The notes under the pieces: generated by a model
Databases searched by the model: none
What the model saw: only the letters and a program-made list of their open reading frames with translations
Told to the model about the DNA's origin: nothing
Shown here: piece after piece, positions 9,751 to 20,419 of the stretch
Layout of the letters: every line of letters starts with the position of its first letter
Numbering within the stretch: the first letter of the stretch is position 1
From: Candidatus Nomurabacteria bacterium
Lineage (GTDB): Bacteria; Patescibacteriota; Minisyncoccia; Phycocordibacterales; UBA918
Reading direction: 5' to 3'
NCBI GenBank assembly: GCA_023898525.1
Contig: CP060227.1
Location: forward strand, 173,634-237,633
DNA: 64,000 bases
Made by a program: the position numbers and the translations under genes

Positions 9751-10666
9751 GCTGTGTTTTGTCTGTTAAAAAAATTTTTCTGATAATTCTTAATTTTGCA
9801 CTTCGTGCTCTGGGATTTTTGGACAACTCTTCTTCATTGGCTGTGATCGGTTTTTTGACCACTAGTTCAAATTCCTCAGTTTCAGCCAATTCCCTAAATT
9901 TGAGCTTTACTATCCGGTCTTCAATCGAATGAAAACTTATGATAGCCAACCTTCCCTCTTGCTCTAGAAAAAACGCAGCTTGATCAACAAATTTTTCTAG
10001 AACCTTAAGCTCATCATTAACGGCAATGCGTATCGCTTGGAAACTTTTAGTGGCTGGGTTGATGCTCTTTTTGTAGGCAGATTGTTTTGGTACAGCTTGG
10101 GTAATGATTTCAGCCAACTGTCTGGCGGTACTAATCGGAGTTTTTTCGCGAGCCGTTACTATCGCCTTGGCAATTCGTCGAGCAAATCGTTCGTCACCGT
10201 ATCCGTATAGAACATTCGCCAAATCCTCCTCAGCCCAAGTATTAACCAAGTCATAGGCGGTAAAGATGTTATCTTCCGGCTGACCGTAGGTCATGAGAAG
10301 TGGTTCATCCGCTTGAAACGAAAAACCCTTTCCACCACCCTCAAACTGGTCTGTACGCCACCCTAAATCCGCTAAAATTGCGTCAACCTTTTTAATATGT
10401 AAAGAACCTAATATTTGTTCTAAATTTGAAAAATTATCATTCACTAGATGAATGACTGGTTTGGTTTCCTCTAATTCCTTTCTTTTGTTTAGAAAGGCAG
10501 CTTTGTCGGCATCAATACCAATATATACTCCGTTTTCATCTAAGCTTCTGCAAATTGACAATGCGTGACCTCCGCCACCATAAGTAGCATCGACAACGAC
10601 ACTATCTGGTTTTAGATTGAGAGCCCTGACAGCCTCAGCTTGTAAGACGGTAATATGTTTCTTCAT
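9722..10666 (-). CDS. rsmH: 16S rRNA (cytosine1402-N4)-methyltransferase RsmH (MraW)
   Basis: DATYGGGGHA SAM-binding motif, IISFHSIEDRIVK; 314 aa. Confidence 0.85.
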   Translation of the reverse strand: MKKHITVLQAEAVRALNLKPDSVVVDATYGGGGHALSICRSLDENGVYIGIDADKAAFLNKRKELEETKPVIHLVNDNFSNLEQILGSLHIKKVDAILADLGWRTDQFEGGGKGFSFQADEPLLMTYGQPEDNIFTAYDLVNTWAEEDLANVLYGYGDERFARRIAKAIVTAREKTPISTARQLAEIITQAVPKQSAYKKSINPATKSFQAIRIAVNDELKVLEKFVDQAAFFLEQEGRLAIISFHSIEDRIVKLKFRELAETEEFELVVKKPITANEEELSKNPRARSAKLRIIRKIFLTDKTQHEYKGNHQE

Positions 10667-10677
10667 GTCGGTAGTTG

Positions 10678-11112
10678 TTATAGGACACCTATTTCACCGA
10701 GTTTTTCAGCAAGCGAATCGGCTTCGATTTCTATCTTGCGTTTGTACTCAGTCCATCTTTCCTCATCCCAAATTTCGATACGATCATGTATACCTGCAAG
10801 CACTACACTTGAATTCAGGTGTGCAAAATCTTTCAAAAAGTCTGGCACGAGAATACGTCCAACTGAATCTACCTCCACCTCTACTGCTCCTGATAAGAAG
10901 AATCGATTGAAACTTCTTGTATCCGCCTGTCCGAGTGGCAGTTGACCAATCTTTTCAGTGATCTTCTGCCACTCCCGGAGCGGATATACAAAGAGACAGT
11001 TGTCGAGACCTCGGGTTACCACCAGCTTTTTCCCAAGTTCCTTACGCCATTTAGACGGTAAGGACAGCCGTTTCTTAGGATCCAACGTATGCTTGTGTTC
11101 GCCGATTAACAT
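10678..11112 (-). CDS. mraZ: transcriptional regulator MraZ
   Basis: two MraZ-type repeats (TLDPKKRLSLPSKWRKEL; VDSVGRILVPDFLKDF); 144 aa; leads the dcw fragment. Confidence 0.8.
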   Translation of the reverse strand: MLIGEHKHTLDPKKRLSLPSKWRKELGKKLVVTRGLDNCLFVYPLREWQKITEKIGQLPLGQADTRSFNRFFLSGAVEVEVDSVGRILVPDFLKDFAHLNSSVVLAGIHDRIEIWDEERWTEYKRKIEIEADSLAEKLGEIGVL

Positions 11113-11240
11113 ATCTCAACTAGTCTATACGATTCTCATCGCACATTCCACTATCTCCCACCACATCTACATTTTACACCACTTCATCCCACCTGCAACT
11201 ATTTTATATTCAAAAATTGGGTATAACTTTTTAAAATACA

Positions 11241-11280
11241 AAAAACCGATGGATTCCATATGGAATCCATCGGTTTTTAT
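11241..11280. terminator. bidirectional intrinsic terminator (16-bp stem ACCGATGGATTCCATA/TATGGAATCCATCGGT flanked by A5 and T5)
   Basis: perfect palindrome with A/T runs on both sides, just downstream of lysS. Confidence 0.6.
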
Positions 11281-11285
11281 GTTAT

Positions 11286-12776
11286 CTATTCAGAGACTAT
11301 TTCTTTTAATTCACTACCTACAACTTTAGGCTTCATCAGTGGAAATAATTGCGTCTCGCGGATTGGCTTGTCTTCCAAAATAGCAAACAGACGCTCACCA
11401 AAGCCAAAACCACAGGCTGGTGGCATACCGTGCTCAAGCATCTCTACAAACTCAAAGTCAGGCATCATCGCCTCTTCGTCACCACTCTCAATTAGTTCCT
11501 GTTGCTGATAAAAACGAGCTTTTTGTTCCAGTGGGTCATTTAATTCAGAGTAACCATTCCCAACCTCTGTACCGGCAATAATCGGCTGAAAGCGTTGGGT
11601 AGCTCCCGCTTGCCCTGGTACTTCTTTAGCTAGTGGTGAAACTAGCTTTGGATGGTTAATTAGAAAAGCAGGACCAGCAATATTTTTGCGGCAATATTTC
11701 CAAAGTGTATCGGTCAGTCTTTCAATATTATCTCCTTCATACTTAACACCCAGTTCTGACAACTTAGCTTTTATTTCTTCTTCTGAAGTTGAATTCAGAT
11801 CAATACCGGTTTGTCTTTTTACTTCTTCAACATAGTCTACTCTCTGCCATTCGTCAGCTAAGTCAAAGGTGTGTTCACCGCGAGTAAATTCGGTCTTACC
11901 ATACACTTCAGTGGCAATAGTACGATAGAGATTTTCTACCAAATGCATTCCATCCTCATAATCAGCAAAGGCCTGGTAAAACTCAAGGTTAGTAAATTCT
12001 TGTAAGTGATTTGGACTAGAACCTTCATTACGATAAGTGCGACCAATTTCAAATATTTTTTCAAAGCCGGCCGCCATCAATCGCTTTTGCCACAATTCTC
12101 CGACCGATATACGCAAAAAGACATCAATATCAAAATCATTATGATGAGTGGCAAACGGTCGCGCTTCCGCTCCGCCGGTTGTAATCTCCAGAGTTGGAGT
12201 CTCTACTTCAGTAAAGCCCTGTTCTTTCATAAAGTTCCTGGTCACATCCCAGAACTTTTCTTTGCGCTTAAACATTTCTCGAAGCTCGTCTTTATCCAGA
12301 AGATCTAAATAACGTTTACGAAAACGTTCGTCTTCGTTCTGTAGACCGTGGTATTTGTCTGGAAGTGGTAAAAGACTTTTACTCACCATTCGCCACGATT
12401 CAGCCATCACCGACTTCTCTCCCCTTTGGGTCACAAAAAGTTTACCGGTCACCTCGATAAAATCACCACCATCGGCTGCGTCTTTGAATAATTGAAAATC
12501 TTCAGCTGACAGTACATCTTCCTTGAAAACAGCCTGTAGTCGGCCAGTAGCGTCTTGCAGGACCACAAACATAATCGCTCCCTGCCCACGGATTATCATT
12601 ACCCGCCCCACTATTGTCACAATAGTCTCAGAACTTTCTAATTCAGAAAAAGACTCCAGTGCCGTCACTATTTCATGAGTACGGTTTACCTTTGATACAT
12701 AAGGGTTAATTCCCTTATCTTTTAATATCTGTAATTTCTTTAGTCGCTCGTCGCGAATCTCTTCTAGTGATGACAT
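11286..12776 (-). CDS. lysS: lysine--tRNA ligase (class II)
   Basis: class II motifs (FTNLEFYQAFADYED; GFGFGERL); start moved to MSSLEEIRDE (ATG at 12776) because the upstream 57 nt overlap the greA terminator hairpin. Confidence 0.85.
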   Translation of the reverse strand: MSSLEEIRDERLKKLQILKDKGINPYVSKVNRTHEIVTALESFSELESSETIVTIVGRVMIIRGQGAIMFVVLQDATGRLQAVFKEDVLSAEDFQLFKDAADGGDFIEVTGKLFVTQRGEKSVMAESWRMVSKSLLPLPDKYHGLQNEDERFRKRYLDLLDKDELREMFKRKEKFWDVTRNFMKEQGFTEVETPTLEITTGGAEARPFATHHNDFDIDVFLRISVGELWQKRLMAAGFEKIFEIGRTYRNEGSSPNHLQEFTNLEFYQAFADYEDGMHLVENLYRTIATEVYGKTEFTRGEHTFDLADEWQRVDYVEEVKRQTGIDLNSTSEEEIKAKLSELGVKYEGDNIERLTDTLWKYCRKNIAGPAFLINHPKLVSPLAKEVPGQAGATQRFQPIIAGTEVGNGYSELNDPLEQKARFYQQQELIESGDEEAMMPDFEFVEMLEHGMPPACGFGFGERLFAILEDKPIRETQLFPLMKPKVVGSELKEIVSE

Positions 12777-12805
12777 AATGTTGTTTAGTGTAACGGAAAA
12801 ACAAC

Positions 12806-12845
12806 AAAAATAAAAGCCCTGCATGCTAAGCATGCAGGGCTTTTA
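12806..12845 (-). terminator. intrinsic terminator downstream of greA (GCCCTGCATGC-TAA-GCATGCAGGGC followed by U-run on the minus strand)
   Basis: perfect 11-bp stem at 12816..12840 followed, on the coding strand of greA, by TTTTATTTTT. Confidence 0.6.
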
Positions 12846-12854
12846 TTTACAATA

Positions 12855-13349
12855 TTACTCTACCTTAAGCACTTTATACTTCTGCTTTCCTGCCGGAGTA
12901 TCGAAAGTAAATTCATCCCCCTTAGTCTTACCCATCAAAGCCTCCCCAAGTGGTGACAAGTAAGAGAGCTTCTTCTCATGAATATTAGCTTCATCAGATC
13001 CTACGATGGTGTAAGCCCTGGTATCTTTTTCCTTATCCTTCTGAATTGAAACGATTGACCCCAGCCCAACGACTCCTCCTTTCTTCTCATGAGCAACGAT
13101 CTTAGCCTCTTTGATAACCTTTTCCAAGTAACCAATTCTCTCCTCAATCGCGGCCTGCATATCACGCGCCTCTTGATATTCGGCGTTCTCTGATAAGTCC
13201 CCTAAACTACGAGCGTACTCCAATGACTCGGCCACTTCCTTTCTTCTGACCGTCTTTAGGTGATCTAGTTCTTTCTTTAGTTCTTCAAACTTCTCGGCGG
13301 TTAAAAATGCTTGTGTATCGTTCATATTGTGTTTTAAAAATTTACCCAA
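12855..13349 (-). CDS. greA: transcription elongation factor GreA
   Basis: LTAEKFEELKKELDHL...GDLSENAEYQEARDMQA (GreA coiled-coil fingertip with conserved acidic residues), C-terminal FKBP-like domain. Confidence 0.85.
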   Translation of the reverse strand: MGKFLKHNMNDTQAFLTAEKFEELKKELDHLKTVRRKEVAESLEYARSLGDLSENAEYQEARDMQAAIEERIGYLEKVIKEAKIVAHEKKGGVVGLGSIVSIQKDKEKDTRAYTIVGSDEANIHEKKLSYLSPLGEALMGKTKGDEFTFDTPAGKQKYKVLKVE

Positions 13350-13383
13350 TTATACTTACTTAGCTCCGCAGGTCAAATATTTA

Positions 13384-15126
13384 TTAATTATCTTCGTCGC
13401 TGTCTTTCTCTAAACTAAGGTATTCTGGACGATTTTTCGACATCCATTCTACCACATCACCCATAATCCTAGTGGCCCCCAGGGCGTTACTGCGTGGCGC
13501 CCTATCCATCATCAAAATAAAAGCATACTGCGGATCTTCGTACGGAAAGAATCCGGCAGCCCAAGAGTTCACATAGGCATTTCCAGAACCCACCTCGGCC
13601 GTACCAGACTTGGCAGCAATAGCTACATCCTTTCTTTCTAAAGCTCTCGCAGTTCCGCCTGGATAGATAACGGTTTTACGCATCCCCTCGTGGATGATTT
13701 TTAAATACTCCGGATTCAAGTGAAGGTCAACTGAATCTCCTTGTTTATCTTTAATGACGTGTGGTGACAATAAATATCCACCATTGGCTAGAGAAGCATA
13801 AGCTCTAAGCATCTGAATTGGGGTTACCAAAAAACCAAACTGCCCAATCGCAGTAAAATAAGTATCACCAAGTCGCCAATCATCATCAAATACTTCCTTC
13901 TTCCAGTCCGGGTCCGGCACTACTCCAATCTGCTCCTGCGCTATATTGATACCAGTCGGAGAACCTAGGCCGAATTTTCGGTAATTTTCAGCCATCTTAG
14001 TGATACCAAGCCCGGTCATAGGTGATGTAATACCAGCCTGTGGTACAGCATTTTTCGGCAAACCGCCGCCAACGATATAGAAATAAACATTAGAGGAAAA
14101 AGCAATTGCCTCCCGCATCGTCATCGCGCCATGCGCACGCCAGTCATTAAAACGTGAAGGGTTACTTGGGTTATAGGGGTTAGGAATAACAATTGAACCA
14201 TTGCTGAAAACCTCCTTGTTTGGATCGATAACCTTTTCTGCGAGCGCCGCATAAGCTACAAAGGGTTTCACAATTGAACCTGGCGTATAGGCGCCACTGA
14301 CAATCTTATTCAAAAAAGGCAATCGATCATCATTATTATATTTTTCGATTGTCTCAATATCATAACCATCAGCCATTACCTCAGGGTCATAGCTAGGGAA
14401 ACTGGTAAGAGCAATCAATTCACCTGTATGAACATCCATAATCGCTCCGGCACCACTTCGAAAACCCGCCTTGGCACTGGACGTTGAAATTATTTGATAC
14501 ATAGCCTCTGATAGTTCAGCATCAATTGATAAATACAGTGGCTCCCCAGCCACCGGCTGATCCAAAGCATGTTCACTGACCACATTGTTAAGCGCATCCG
14601 TAACCACGATTCGGCTGCCATTAACCCCTTTTAGCATATCATCGTAAGCCGCCTCCACCCCATTTCGACCAATATACTCGGTTCTGAAATAAAACCCACG
14701 ACTGTCTTTTTTGGGATAACTAACATAACCTAAGACCTGTCCCAAGCCCAAGCGGTCTGTATAAGCCCGAATGGGAAAATTATGAACGCCTCGATCGTCA
14801 ATTTCGTTCCAAACCACCATCTCCCCCATTCGGTCATAAACAACACCACGTTCTGCAATAATTGTATCCTTATCAACCGTATTTGACTCAGCTATTTTCT
14901 TATACTCATCACCATGAACCACTTGTAAGGAATACACCTTACTAACAAAAAATAACGCGATTACGATAAAAACAAACCCGACTATATAAATATTACGTGG
15001 AGATATAGGTAATTCACGTTTACCCTCCAAACGCTCCATGTTTAAACCCAGAACATTTGAAGCATCAAATAGAACCTCGTCTAATTCCACTCGTGATTTG
15101 CGTTTTTTGTTACGAAACCATCTCAT
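13384..15126 (-). CDS. mrdA: penicillin-binding protein 2 (elongation transpeptidase)
   Basis: SIVKP (SxxK), SSN, KSGTAE motifs; directly downstream of mreBCD. Confidence 0.8.
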   Translation of the reverse strand: MRWFRNKKRKSRVELDEVLFDASNVLGLNMERLEGKRELPISPRNIYIVGFVFIVIALFFVSKVYSLQVVHGDEYKKIAESNTVDKDTIIAERGVVYDRMGEMVVWNEIDDRGVHNFPIRAYTDRLGLGQVLGYVSYPKKDSRGFYFRTEYIGRNGVEAAYDDMLKGVNGSRIVVTDALNNVVSEHALDQPVAGEPLYLSIDAELSEAMYQIISTSSAKAGFRSGAGAIMDVHTGELIALTSFPSYDPEVMADGYDIETIEKYNNDDRLPFLNKIVSGAYTPGSIVKPFVAYAALAEKVIDPNKEVFSNGSIVIPNPYNPSNPSRFNDWRAHGAMTMREAIAFSSNVYFYIVGGGLPKNAVPQAGITSPMTGLGITKMAENYRKFGLGSPTGINIAQEQIGVVPDPDWKKEVFDDDWRLGDTYFTAIGQFGFLVTPIQMLRAYASLANGGYLLSPHVIKDKQGDSVDLHLNPEYLKIIHEGMRKTVIYPGGTARALERKDVAIAAKSGTAEVGSGNAYVNSWAAGFFPYEDPQYAFILMMDRAPRSNALGATRIMGDVVEWMSKNRPEYLSLEKDSDEDN

Positions 15127-15373
15127 TATCGCTAGTATACATCAACAAACGAGGCTTGAGTAAATCTATAAAAAGCACCAGGGCCAGTGAGCAAATTGTA
15201 ATTAGTGGTAAATGATAAAAAGCCCCAAAATAACCATCAAGCAGCACAGCCACAAACACTAGCTCATAACCGCCAAACTTAAACATATACCAGACAGACA
15301 AAACAACACCAACAATATATAACGGCGTTATCATAAACATAACTATTGCCACTAACAATAATAATCTAAGCAT
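15110..15373 (-). CDS. mreD: rod shape-determining protein MreD (small polytopic membrane protein)
   Basis: 87 aa, entirely hydrophobic, located between mreC and mrdA. Confidence 0.4.
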   Translation of the reverse strand: MLRLLLLVAIVMFMITPLYIVGVVLSVWYMFKFGGYELVFVAVLLDGYFGAFYHLPLITICSLALVLFIDLLKPRLLMYTSDNEMVS

Positions 15374-15384
15374 ATTTACTATTA

Positions 15385-16356
15385 TTAATCACTGACTGTT
15401 GTCGACGCACTCGAAGACGCAACCTCTAATACTGCTATATCTTGAGTAGCTAAAACGTCGGTAAGTGAATCAGTCAACTCGCGATTTAATTTTAACTTTT
15501 GCTCAATCTCCTCTTCTATATTATCTACAATTTCTACCTCTGTCTTTGGTTGAACCACATTTGTGTCGATTGAAACATAAAAAATACTGTTCATTGCTAC
15601 CGGTGGTACAACATATCCATATTGTTCCGGCTGGGTCGGGTGATTTTCAACCCAAGCGATCTCACCATAGACCCCGCTAGTTAGGGCTGGCAACAATACC
15701 TCATTGCCAACCGTCATTGGTACCCCTTGTGGCAAACTAACCCGTGCCACCCCACCACCAACTCCCTGAATATCCGCAAATACATTTGGTCCAATTATGT
15801 AAGCAGTGGCCTCAAACCCAGAGGTGGTAAATAATTCTACAAAGGAATATTTTGGAGTCACATGACTAACAATACCAAGAACAGAGTCTAACCCGGAATA
15901 CACCGGCATCCCAACTTCAAGCCCAGCCTCTGAACCTTGATCAATTTGAAGTGAATCATAGACCAAAGTACTAGGTTGAGCGATAACCCGAGCTACTATG
16001 CGCTGATTGGGAGTATCAACATTTGCCAACTTCCTCAACTGCATATTCTCCATTAACAAACGCTGGATTGTAAGTTGAGTACCGGTTTCGGTAGCGTCTT
16101 TTGCTCGCAATTCTTCCAACTCTGTCACGAGTTCCGCCTTTGAACGTAAATAAGTAGGAAAAACACCATTTGAATTTTTAACCCAGACAGTAACCACATG
16201 AAATGGATAAAGGGCAACCGAAGCCACTTGTGACGTAAGCCAAGGTAGTAACCAGCCAATAAAAATAAGCGCCGCTGCCACCAAAATCCAAGTCCGTCGT
16301 TTTTTATGACTGATATGGCGATAATTCACCTTCGTTGTCGATGAGTATTTCTTCAT
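15385..16356 (-). CDS. mreC: rod shape-determining protein MreC
   Basis: N-terminal TM helix, coiled coil (LVTELEELRAKDAT), beta-rich C-terminal part; start is ambiguous (16374 or 16356), both overlap the mreB 3' end. Confidence 0.65.
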   Translation of the reverse strand: MKKYSSTTKVNYRHISHKKRRTWILVAAALIFIGWLLPWLTSQVASVALYPFHVVTVWVKNSNGVFPTYLRSKAELVTELEELRAKDATETGTQLTIQRLLMENMQLRKLANVDTPNQRIVARVIAQPSTLVYDSLQIDQGSEAGLEVGMPVYSGLDSVLGIVSHVTPKYSFVELFTTSGFEATAYIIGPNVFADIQGVGGGVARVSLPQGVPMTVGNEVLLPALTSGVYGEIAWVENHPTQPEQYGYVVPPVAMNSIFYVSIDTNVVQPKTEVEIVDNIEEEIEQKLKLNRELTDSLTDVLATQDIAVLEVASSSASTTVSD

Positions 16357-17377
16357 ATTCTTCAAAATTTTCAATCACAATCCCCGTACCCCTGATTACC
16401 GAACGGAGGGGGTCGGGTACTACAATAACCGGAACCTGGAGACTTTCTTCAAGTAAAGTAGACAAGCCCGGTATCAACGCCCCACCACCACAGACATGAA
16501 CACCACGCTGCATAACATCGGCCAGGACTTCCGGTGGTGTTTTTTCAAGGACAGCTTTAGTGGTTTCCACAATGCTATCAATCTGATTTACTACCGCATC
16601 TCTAACATCACTAGCAGTGATGATTACTTCACGTGGTAACCCAGTCATAACGTCACGTCCTCGAATAATCATTTCATTACCACTTCCCTCCGGATTAACT
16701 GAAGCTAAGGCAATTTTAGCATCTTCTGCCGTCTTTTCACCGACATAAACTTTGAATTGATCACGAACATAAGACGAAATAGCAGCATTCAAATGATCAC
16801 CGGCCACCCGTAAATTTTTGGCCACCACAATACCATTAAGAGAAATAACCGCGATATCGGTAGTTCCTCCACCGATATCAATAATCATGTTACCGGCTGC
16901 TTTATTTATTGGTAATTTGGCGCCAATAGCGGCAGCCATAGGTTCTTCAATTAGAAACACATCACGAGCACCAGCGTTCTTAGCCGCATCTCGAGCCGCT
17001 CGCATTTCCACATTAGTGATACCAGACGGTACACCAATCAAAATTCGTGGCGGAACTAATGAACGAGTTTCGTTTTGTACTTTATTTATCAGGTAACCAA
17101 GCATTTCCTCGGTTACTTCAAAATCAGAGATCACACCATCCACCAATGGTCGCACCACTTCAATGTGCTGTGGCGTACGCCCCTGCATAGTTTTAGCCTC
17201 GATACCGACCGCCACTAACTGGCCAGTTTTCTTATTAACCGCTACTATCGTTGGCTCATTTAGTACAATACCCTTGTTTTTAACGTAAACCAGAGTATTA
17301 GCCGTACCTAGGTCAATAGCCATATCAGTTGAAACAACCGATAAAAGCTTGTTGAAATTTTGCGATAACCTACCCAT
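16304..17377 (-). CDS. mreB: rod shape-determining actin homologue MreB (with acidic C-terminal extension)
   Basis: MAIDLGTANTLVY (phosphate-1), DIGGGTTDIAV (phosphate-2), GGGALIPGL (adenosine motif). Confidence 0.9.
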   Translation of the reverse strand: MGRLSQNFNKLLSVVSTDMAIDLGTANTLVYVKNKGIVLNEPTIVAVNKKTGQLVAVGIEAKTMQGRTPQHIEVVRPLVDGVISDFEVTEEMLGYLINKVQNETRSLVPPRILIGVPSGITNVEMRAARDAAKNAGARDVFLIEEPMAAAIGAKLPINKAAGNMIIDIGGGTTDIAVISLNGIVVAKNLRVAGDHLNAAISSYVRDQFKVYVGEKTAEDAKIALASVNPEGSGNEMIIRGRDVMTGLPREVIITASDVRDAVVNQIDSIVETTKAVLEKTPPEVLADVMQRGVHVCGGGALIPGLSTLLEESLQVPVIVVPDPLRSVIRGTGIVIENFEEYEEILIDNEGELSPYQS

Positions 17378-17391
17378 TAATTTTTATTTTA

Positions 17392-18660
17392 CTATGTATC
17401 GCTATTAGTATCAAAATCTCTATATAATTCCTCTTCGGTTAGATGTCTAACTTCTCCAGTAGCCCGGTTTACCACTTCAAACTTACCTTCTTCTTTAGCC
17501 TTCTTGCTCAACACGACCCGATACGGAATACCAATCAAATCACTGTCTGCAAACTTTTCACCAGCCCGAGTAGCTTCACGATCATCAAAAAGTACTTCAA
17601 CTCCGCGCTCTAACAGATTCATATAAATACCTGTAACCCAGTCAGCTACTGCTTCGTCTTCCATATTGAGACCCACCAAATGAACCTTGTAAGGAGCGAT
17701 ATTTTCAGGCCAAACAATCCCCTTTTCATCGGCAAATTTCTCGACAATAACCCCCATTACGCGAGTGATTCCAATACCATATGAACCCATCCAAACCGGA
17801 AGATCGTTTCCTTCCTCAGTTTTGAAAGTCAAACCGATATCGTCAGCTTTCTGACGTCCGAAATTAAAAATGTTTCCCACCTCAGCCGTTTTGACCTTAG
17901 TTAGGTCAGATTCGGTTATTCCAAGCTTGGCCAGAGTCTCATCGTTTAAAACCTCTTCGTTTATGGCTATATCTTTTTCGCGGTTGATATATATTGCATC
18001 TTCACCGGCCTCACAAATAGTCTGAAATTCGTGACTAAATTCTGTAAAGGCACCACCAGATGCAAAAGTCACAAAAGTATCTTCACCAAGCCCTAATCTA
18101 TCGTAGACACGATTATAAGCGTCTATAGTCTCTTTATAAAAAGCTTCGTGTGCATCACCATCAACACAAAAAGAATACATGTCTTTCATGACAAATTCTC
18201 GGCCGCGCATGATGCCGCTTTTGGCTCTAAGCTCATTACGTAGTTTAGTTTGAAACTGGTAAACATAAACCGGTAAATCCTTATAACTGGCAATGTAGTT
18301 TTTGAGCATTTCTCCAATCGGTTCTTCGTGACTCCAGCCGAAACCAACCTCTCCACCGGCTTTAAGCTCAGATTTAAACCACACATCAACCACCTCATCA
18401 TCCCACCGACCAGTCCGCTCCCAGAGCTCCTTTCGCTGCAGAGCTGTCATAATCAGTTCCTGGCCACCAACCATGTTCATCTCTTCTCTGACAATAGCTT
18501 TTATCTTTTCGAGCACCTTAAGACCAAGTGGTAAGTAAGCATAAACCCCAGCCATTTCTTTATAGACATATCCGGCCCGTATTAACAACTGAGCATTTTT
18601 AGACTGTTCGTCAGCTGGTGCTTCTCGTCTGGTTTTGGTAAATAATTTTGATTGTCGCAT
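17392..18660 (-). CDS. proS: proline--tRNA ligase, short form lacking the INS editing insertion
   Basis: N-terminus MRQSKLFTKTRREAPADEQSKNAQLLIRAGY matches bacterial ProS; class II motifs; only 422 aa. Confidence 0.8.
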   Translation of the reverse strand: MRQSKLFTKTRREAPADEQSKNAQLLIRAGYVYKEMAGVYAYLPLGLKVLEKIKAIVREEMNMVGGQELIMTALQRKELWERTGRWDDEVVDVWFKSELKAGGEVGFGWSHEEPIGEMLKNYIASYKDLPVYVYQFQTKLRNELRAKSGIMRGREFVMKDMYSFCVDGDAHEAFYKETIDAYNRVYDRLGLGEDTFVTFASGGAFTEFSHEFQTICEAGEDAIYINREKDIAINEEVLNDETLAKLGITESDLTKVKTAEVGNIFNFGRQKADDIGLTFKTEEGNDLPVWMGSYGIGITRVMGVIVEKFADEKGIVWPENIAPYKVHLVGLNMEDEAVADWVTGIYMNLLERGVEVLFDDREATRAGEKFADSDLIGIPYRVVLSKKAKEEGKFEVVNRATGEVRHLTEEELYRDFDTNSDT

Positions 18661-18671
18661 AGGCAGAATTT

Positions 18672-19769
18672 CTAATTAGTAAAAAGACGAACAATATCGT
18701 TATAAGTAACCACGATCATTAAAAGCATCAATAGTGCAAAACCGATAAGATTTAAGTGGCCGGCCCAATTTGGGTTAATTGGTCGGCGAGTTACCGCTTC
18801 TATAGCCACAAACACCAACCGGCCTCCATCCAGAGCTGGAATTGGTAGAAGATTAATAACAGCCAGATTAAGAGAAATAACAGCCGTGAACGTTAACAAA
18901 GCTACCACCCCAAATTGGGCCGCGTCACCAACCATGTTAACAATACCAACCGGTCCAGCCACTTGTGATAAATCAGCTGTGCCAGAAACTGCTCCAACCA
19001 ACAAAGAATAAAGACCGGTCACAATTTGCTCCAAACCATTAACGGTAGCAAAAAACGAGTCGACGATAGCGGTGAAAAATGAACGAGGTACAGTTTCAAC
19101 TAGCGCTAGAGAGACACCGACAGCTGCCTTGCTTTCCTCTCCCGGTATTAAACCGGTTTCTGGTGTAACATTAACCGTCCCAGTGTCGTCTCCATTTTTA
19201 TAATTAATACTTAATTCTTCGTCAGCATGAGCTTGAATAAATTCCGTAAAAGTTGACGGGGTCGGTTTCATCAACTCATCGTCTGCCGACCCTACGCTTA
19301 AAATCTCAGAACCAGCTGATAACTTCTCATATAGCGGACTACCTGGCAAAACACCTGAGACATACAGTACCGCTTCATCGGTAGCCACTGACTCTTCAAC
19401 CGCTGTCGGCGTACCCAACATGAAAACAACGAAAAACAAAAACCAAGCAAATAAGACATTCATGGCAACGCCAGCTACCAAAACGAGGGCTTGGGCCCAT
19501 TTTGGGCGCGAGCCGAAGGCTCGCGCCTTATCCACCTCATCACCAGGAATCTCTTCCAAGTTTTCCCCATAAATTTTTACAAATCCACCAATCGGCAGAG
19601 CATTAAATGAATATTCGGTTTCACCTTTTTTAATACCGTACATTTTTGGCGGAAACCCAATACCAAACTCATCCACCCGCATGCCGGTTTTTTTGGCTAC
19701 AATAAAATGCCCCCATTCATGCACCAGAATAAGTACAAATAATACTAATAGGAATAAAATAATTGTCAT
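18672..19769 (-). CDS. rseP: RIP zinc metalloprotease RseP (site-2 protease)
   Basis: HEWGHFIVAK (HExxH), PDZ-like middle, LNLAVINLLPIPALDGGR (LDG motif). Confidence 0.8.
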   Translation of the reverse strand: MTIILFLLVLFVLILVHEWGHFIVAKKTGMRVDEFGIGFPPKMYGIKKGETEYSFNALPIGGFVKIYGENLEEIPGDEVDKARAFGSRPKWAQALVLVAGVAMNVLFAWFLFFVVFMLGTPTAVEESVATDEAVLYVSGVLPGSPLYEKLSAGSEILSVGSADDELMKPTPSTFTEFIQAHADEELSINYKNGDDTGTVNVTPETGLIPGEESKAAVGVSLALVETVPRSFFTAIVDSFFATVNGLEQIVTGLYSLLVGAVSGTADLSQVAGPVGIVNMVGDAAQFGVVALLTFTAVISLNLAVINLLPIPALDGGRLVFVAIEAVTRRPINPNWAGHLNLIGFALLMLLMIVVTYNDIVRLFTN

Positions 19770-19772
19770 AAA

Positions 19773-20315
19773 TTATTTCTGCAACTCAGCTTCTTTACTC
19801 GTAAAAAGTGCTTCCAAGGCTCGATTTGTCTCCTCTACACTTTTTTGAATATCCTCTTTCATGGCAAACTTATCATCCTCACTAATTTCAGCAGCCTTGA
19901 ACTGACTTTCCACTCCTTTCATAGTCTCATCTCGCACAGAACGAACTGATATACGGGCATCTTCCAATTTACTTTTAGCCAACTTTAAAAGCTGCTCTCT
20001 TCTTTCACTAGTAAGTTCCGGAAAAATGACTCGTAGACCTGAAGAATCAACAGCCAAAGAAACACCAAGTTCTGCGTCTCTGATCGCTCTTTCAATCGCT
20101 GGGATACTACTCGCATCCCATGGAGCAACTCTCAGGGTTCTCATATCTTCTATATTTACTGAACCAACTTGCTGGATCGGCATAAACGAACCATAGCTTT
20201 CAACTTTTATACTATCAAGCAAAGCCGGCGTGGCTTGACCAGTCCTAATCCCTGCATACTCTTTTACCAACCAATCCTCAACTTCTTTAAGTTTTTGTTT
20301 TAATTCATTCGTCAT
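19773..20315 (-). CDS. frr: ribosome recycling factor
   Basis: 180 aa, LDSIKVESYGSFMPIQQVGSVNIEDMRTLRVAPWD, typical Frr length and pattern. Confidence 0.9.
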   Translation of the reverse strand: MTNELKQKLKEVEDWLVKEYAGIRTGQATPALLDSIKVESYGSFMPIQQVGSVNIEDMRTLRVAPWDASSIPAIERAIRDAELGVSLAVDSSGLRVIFPELTSERREQLLKLAKSKLEDARISVRSVRDETMKGVESQFKAAEISEDDKFAMKEDIQKSVEETNRALEALFTSKEAELQK

Positions 20316-20419
20316 ACATGATTTTTATTCCATTATTATAACAGTTTAACATTAAACCTATTTCAAAAGTAGAGGCAAGTTACAAGCTAATATATAGCTT
20401 TAGAAATAAGACTATCTTG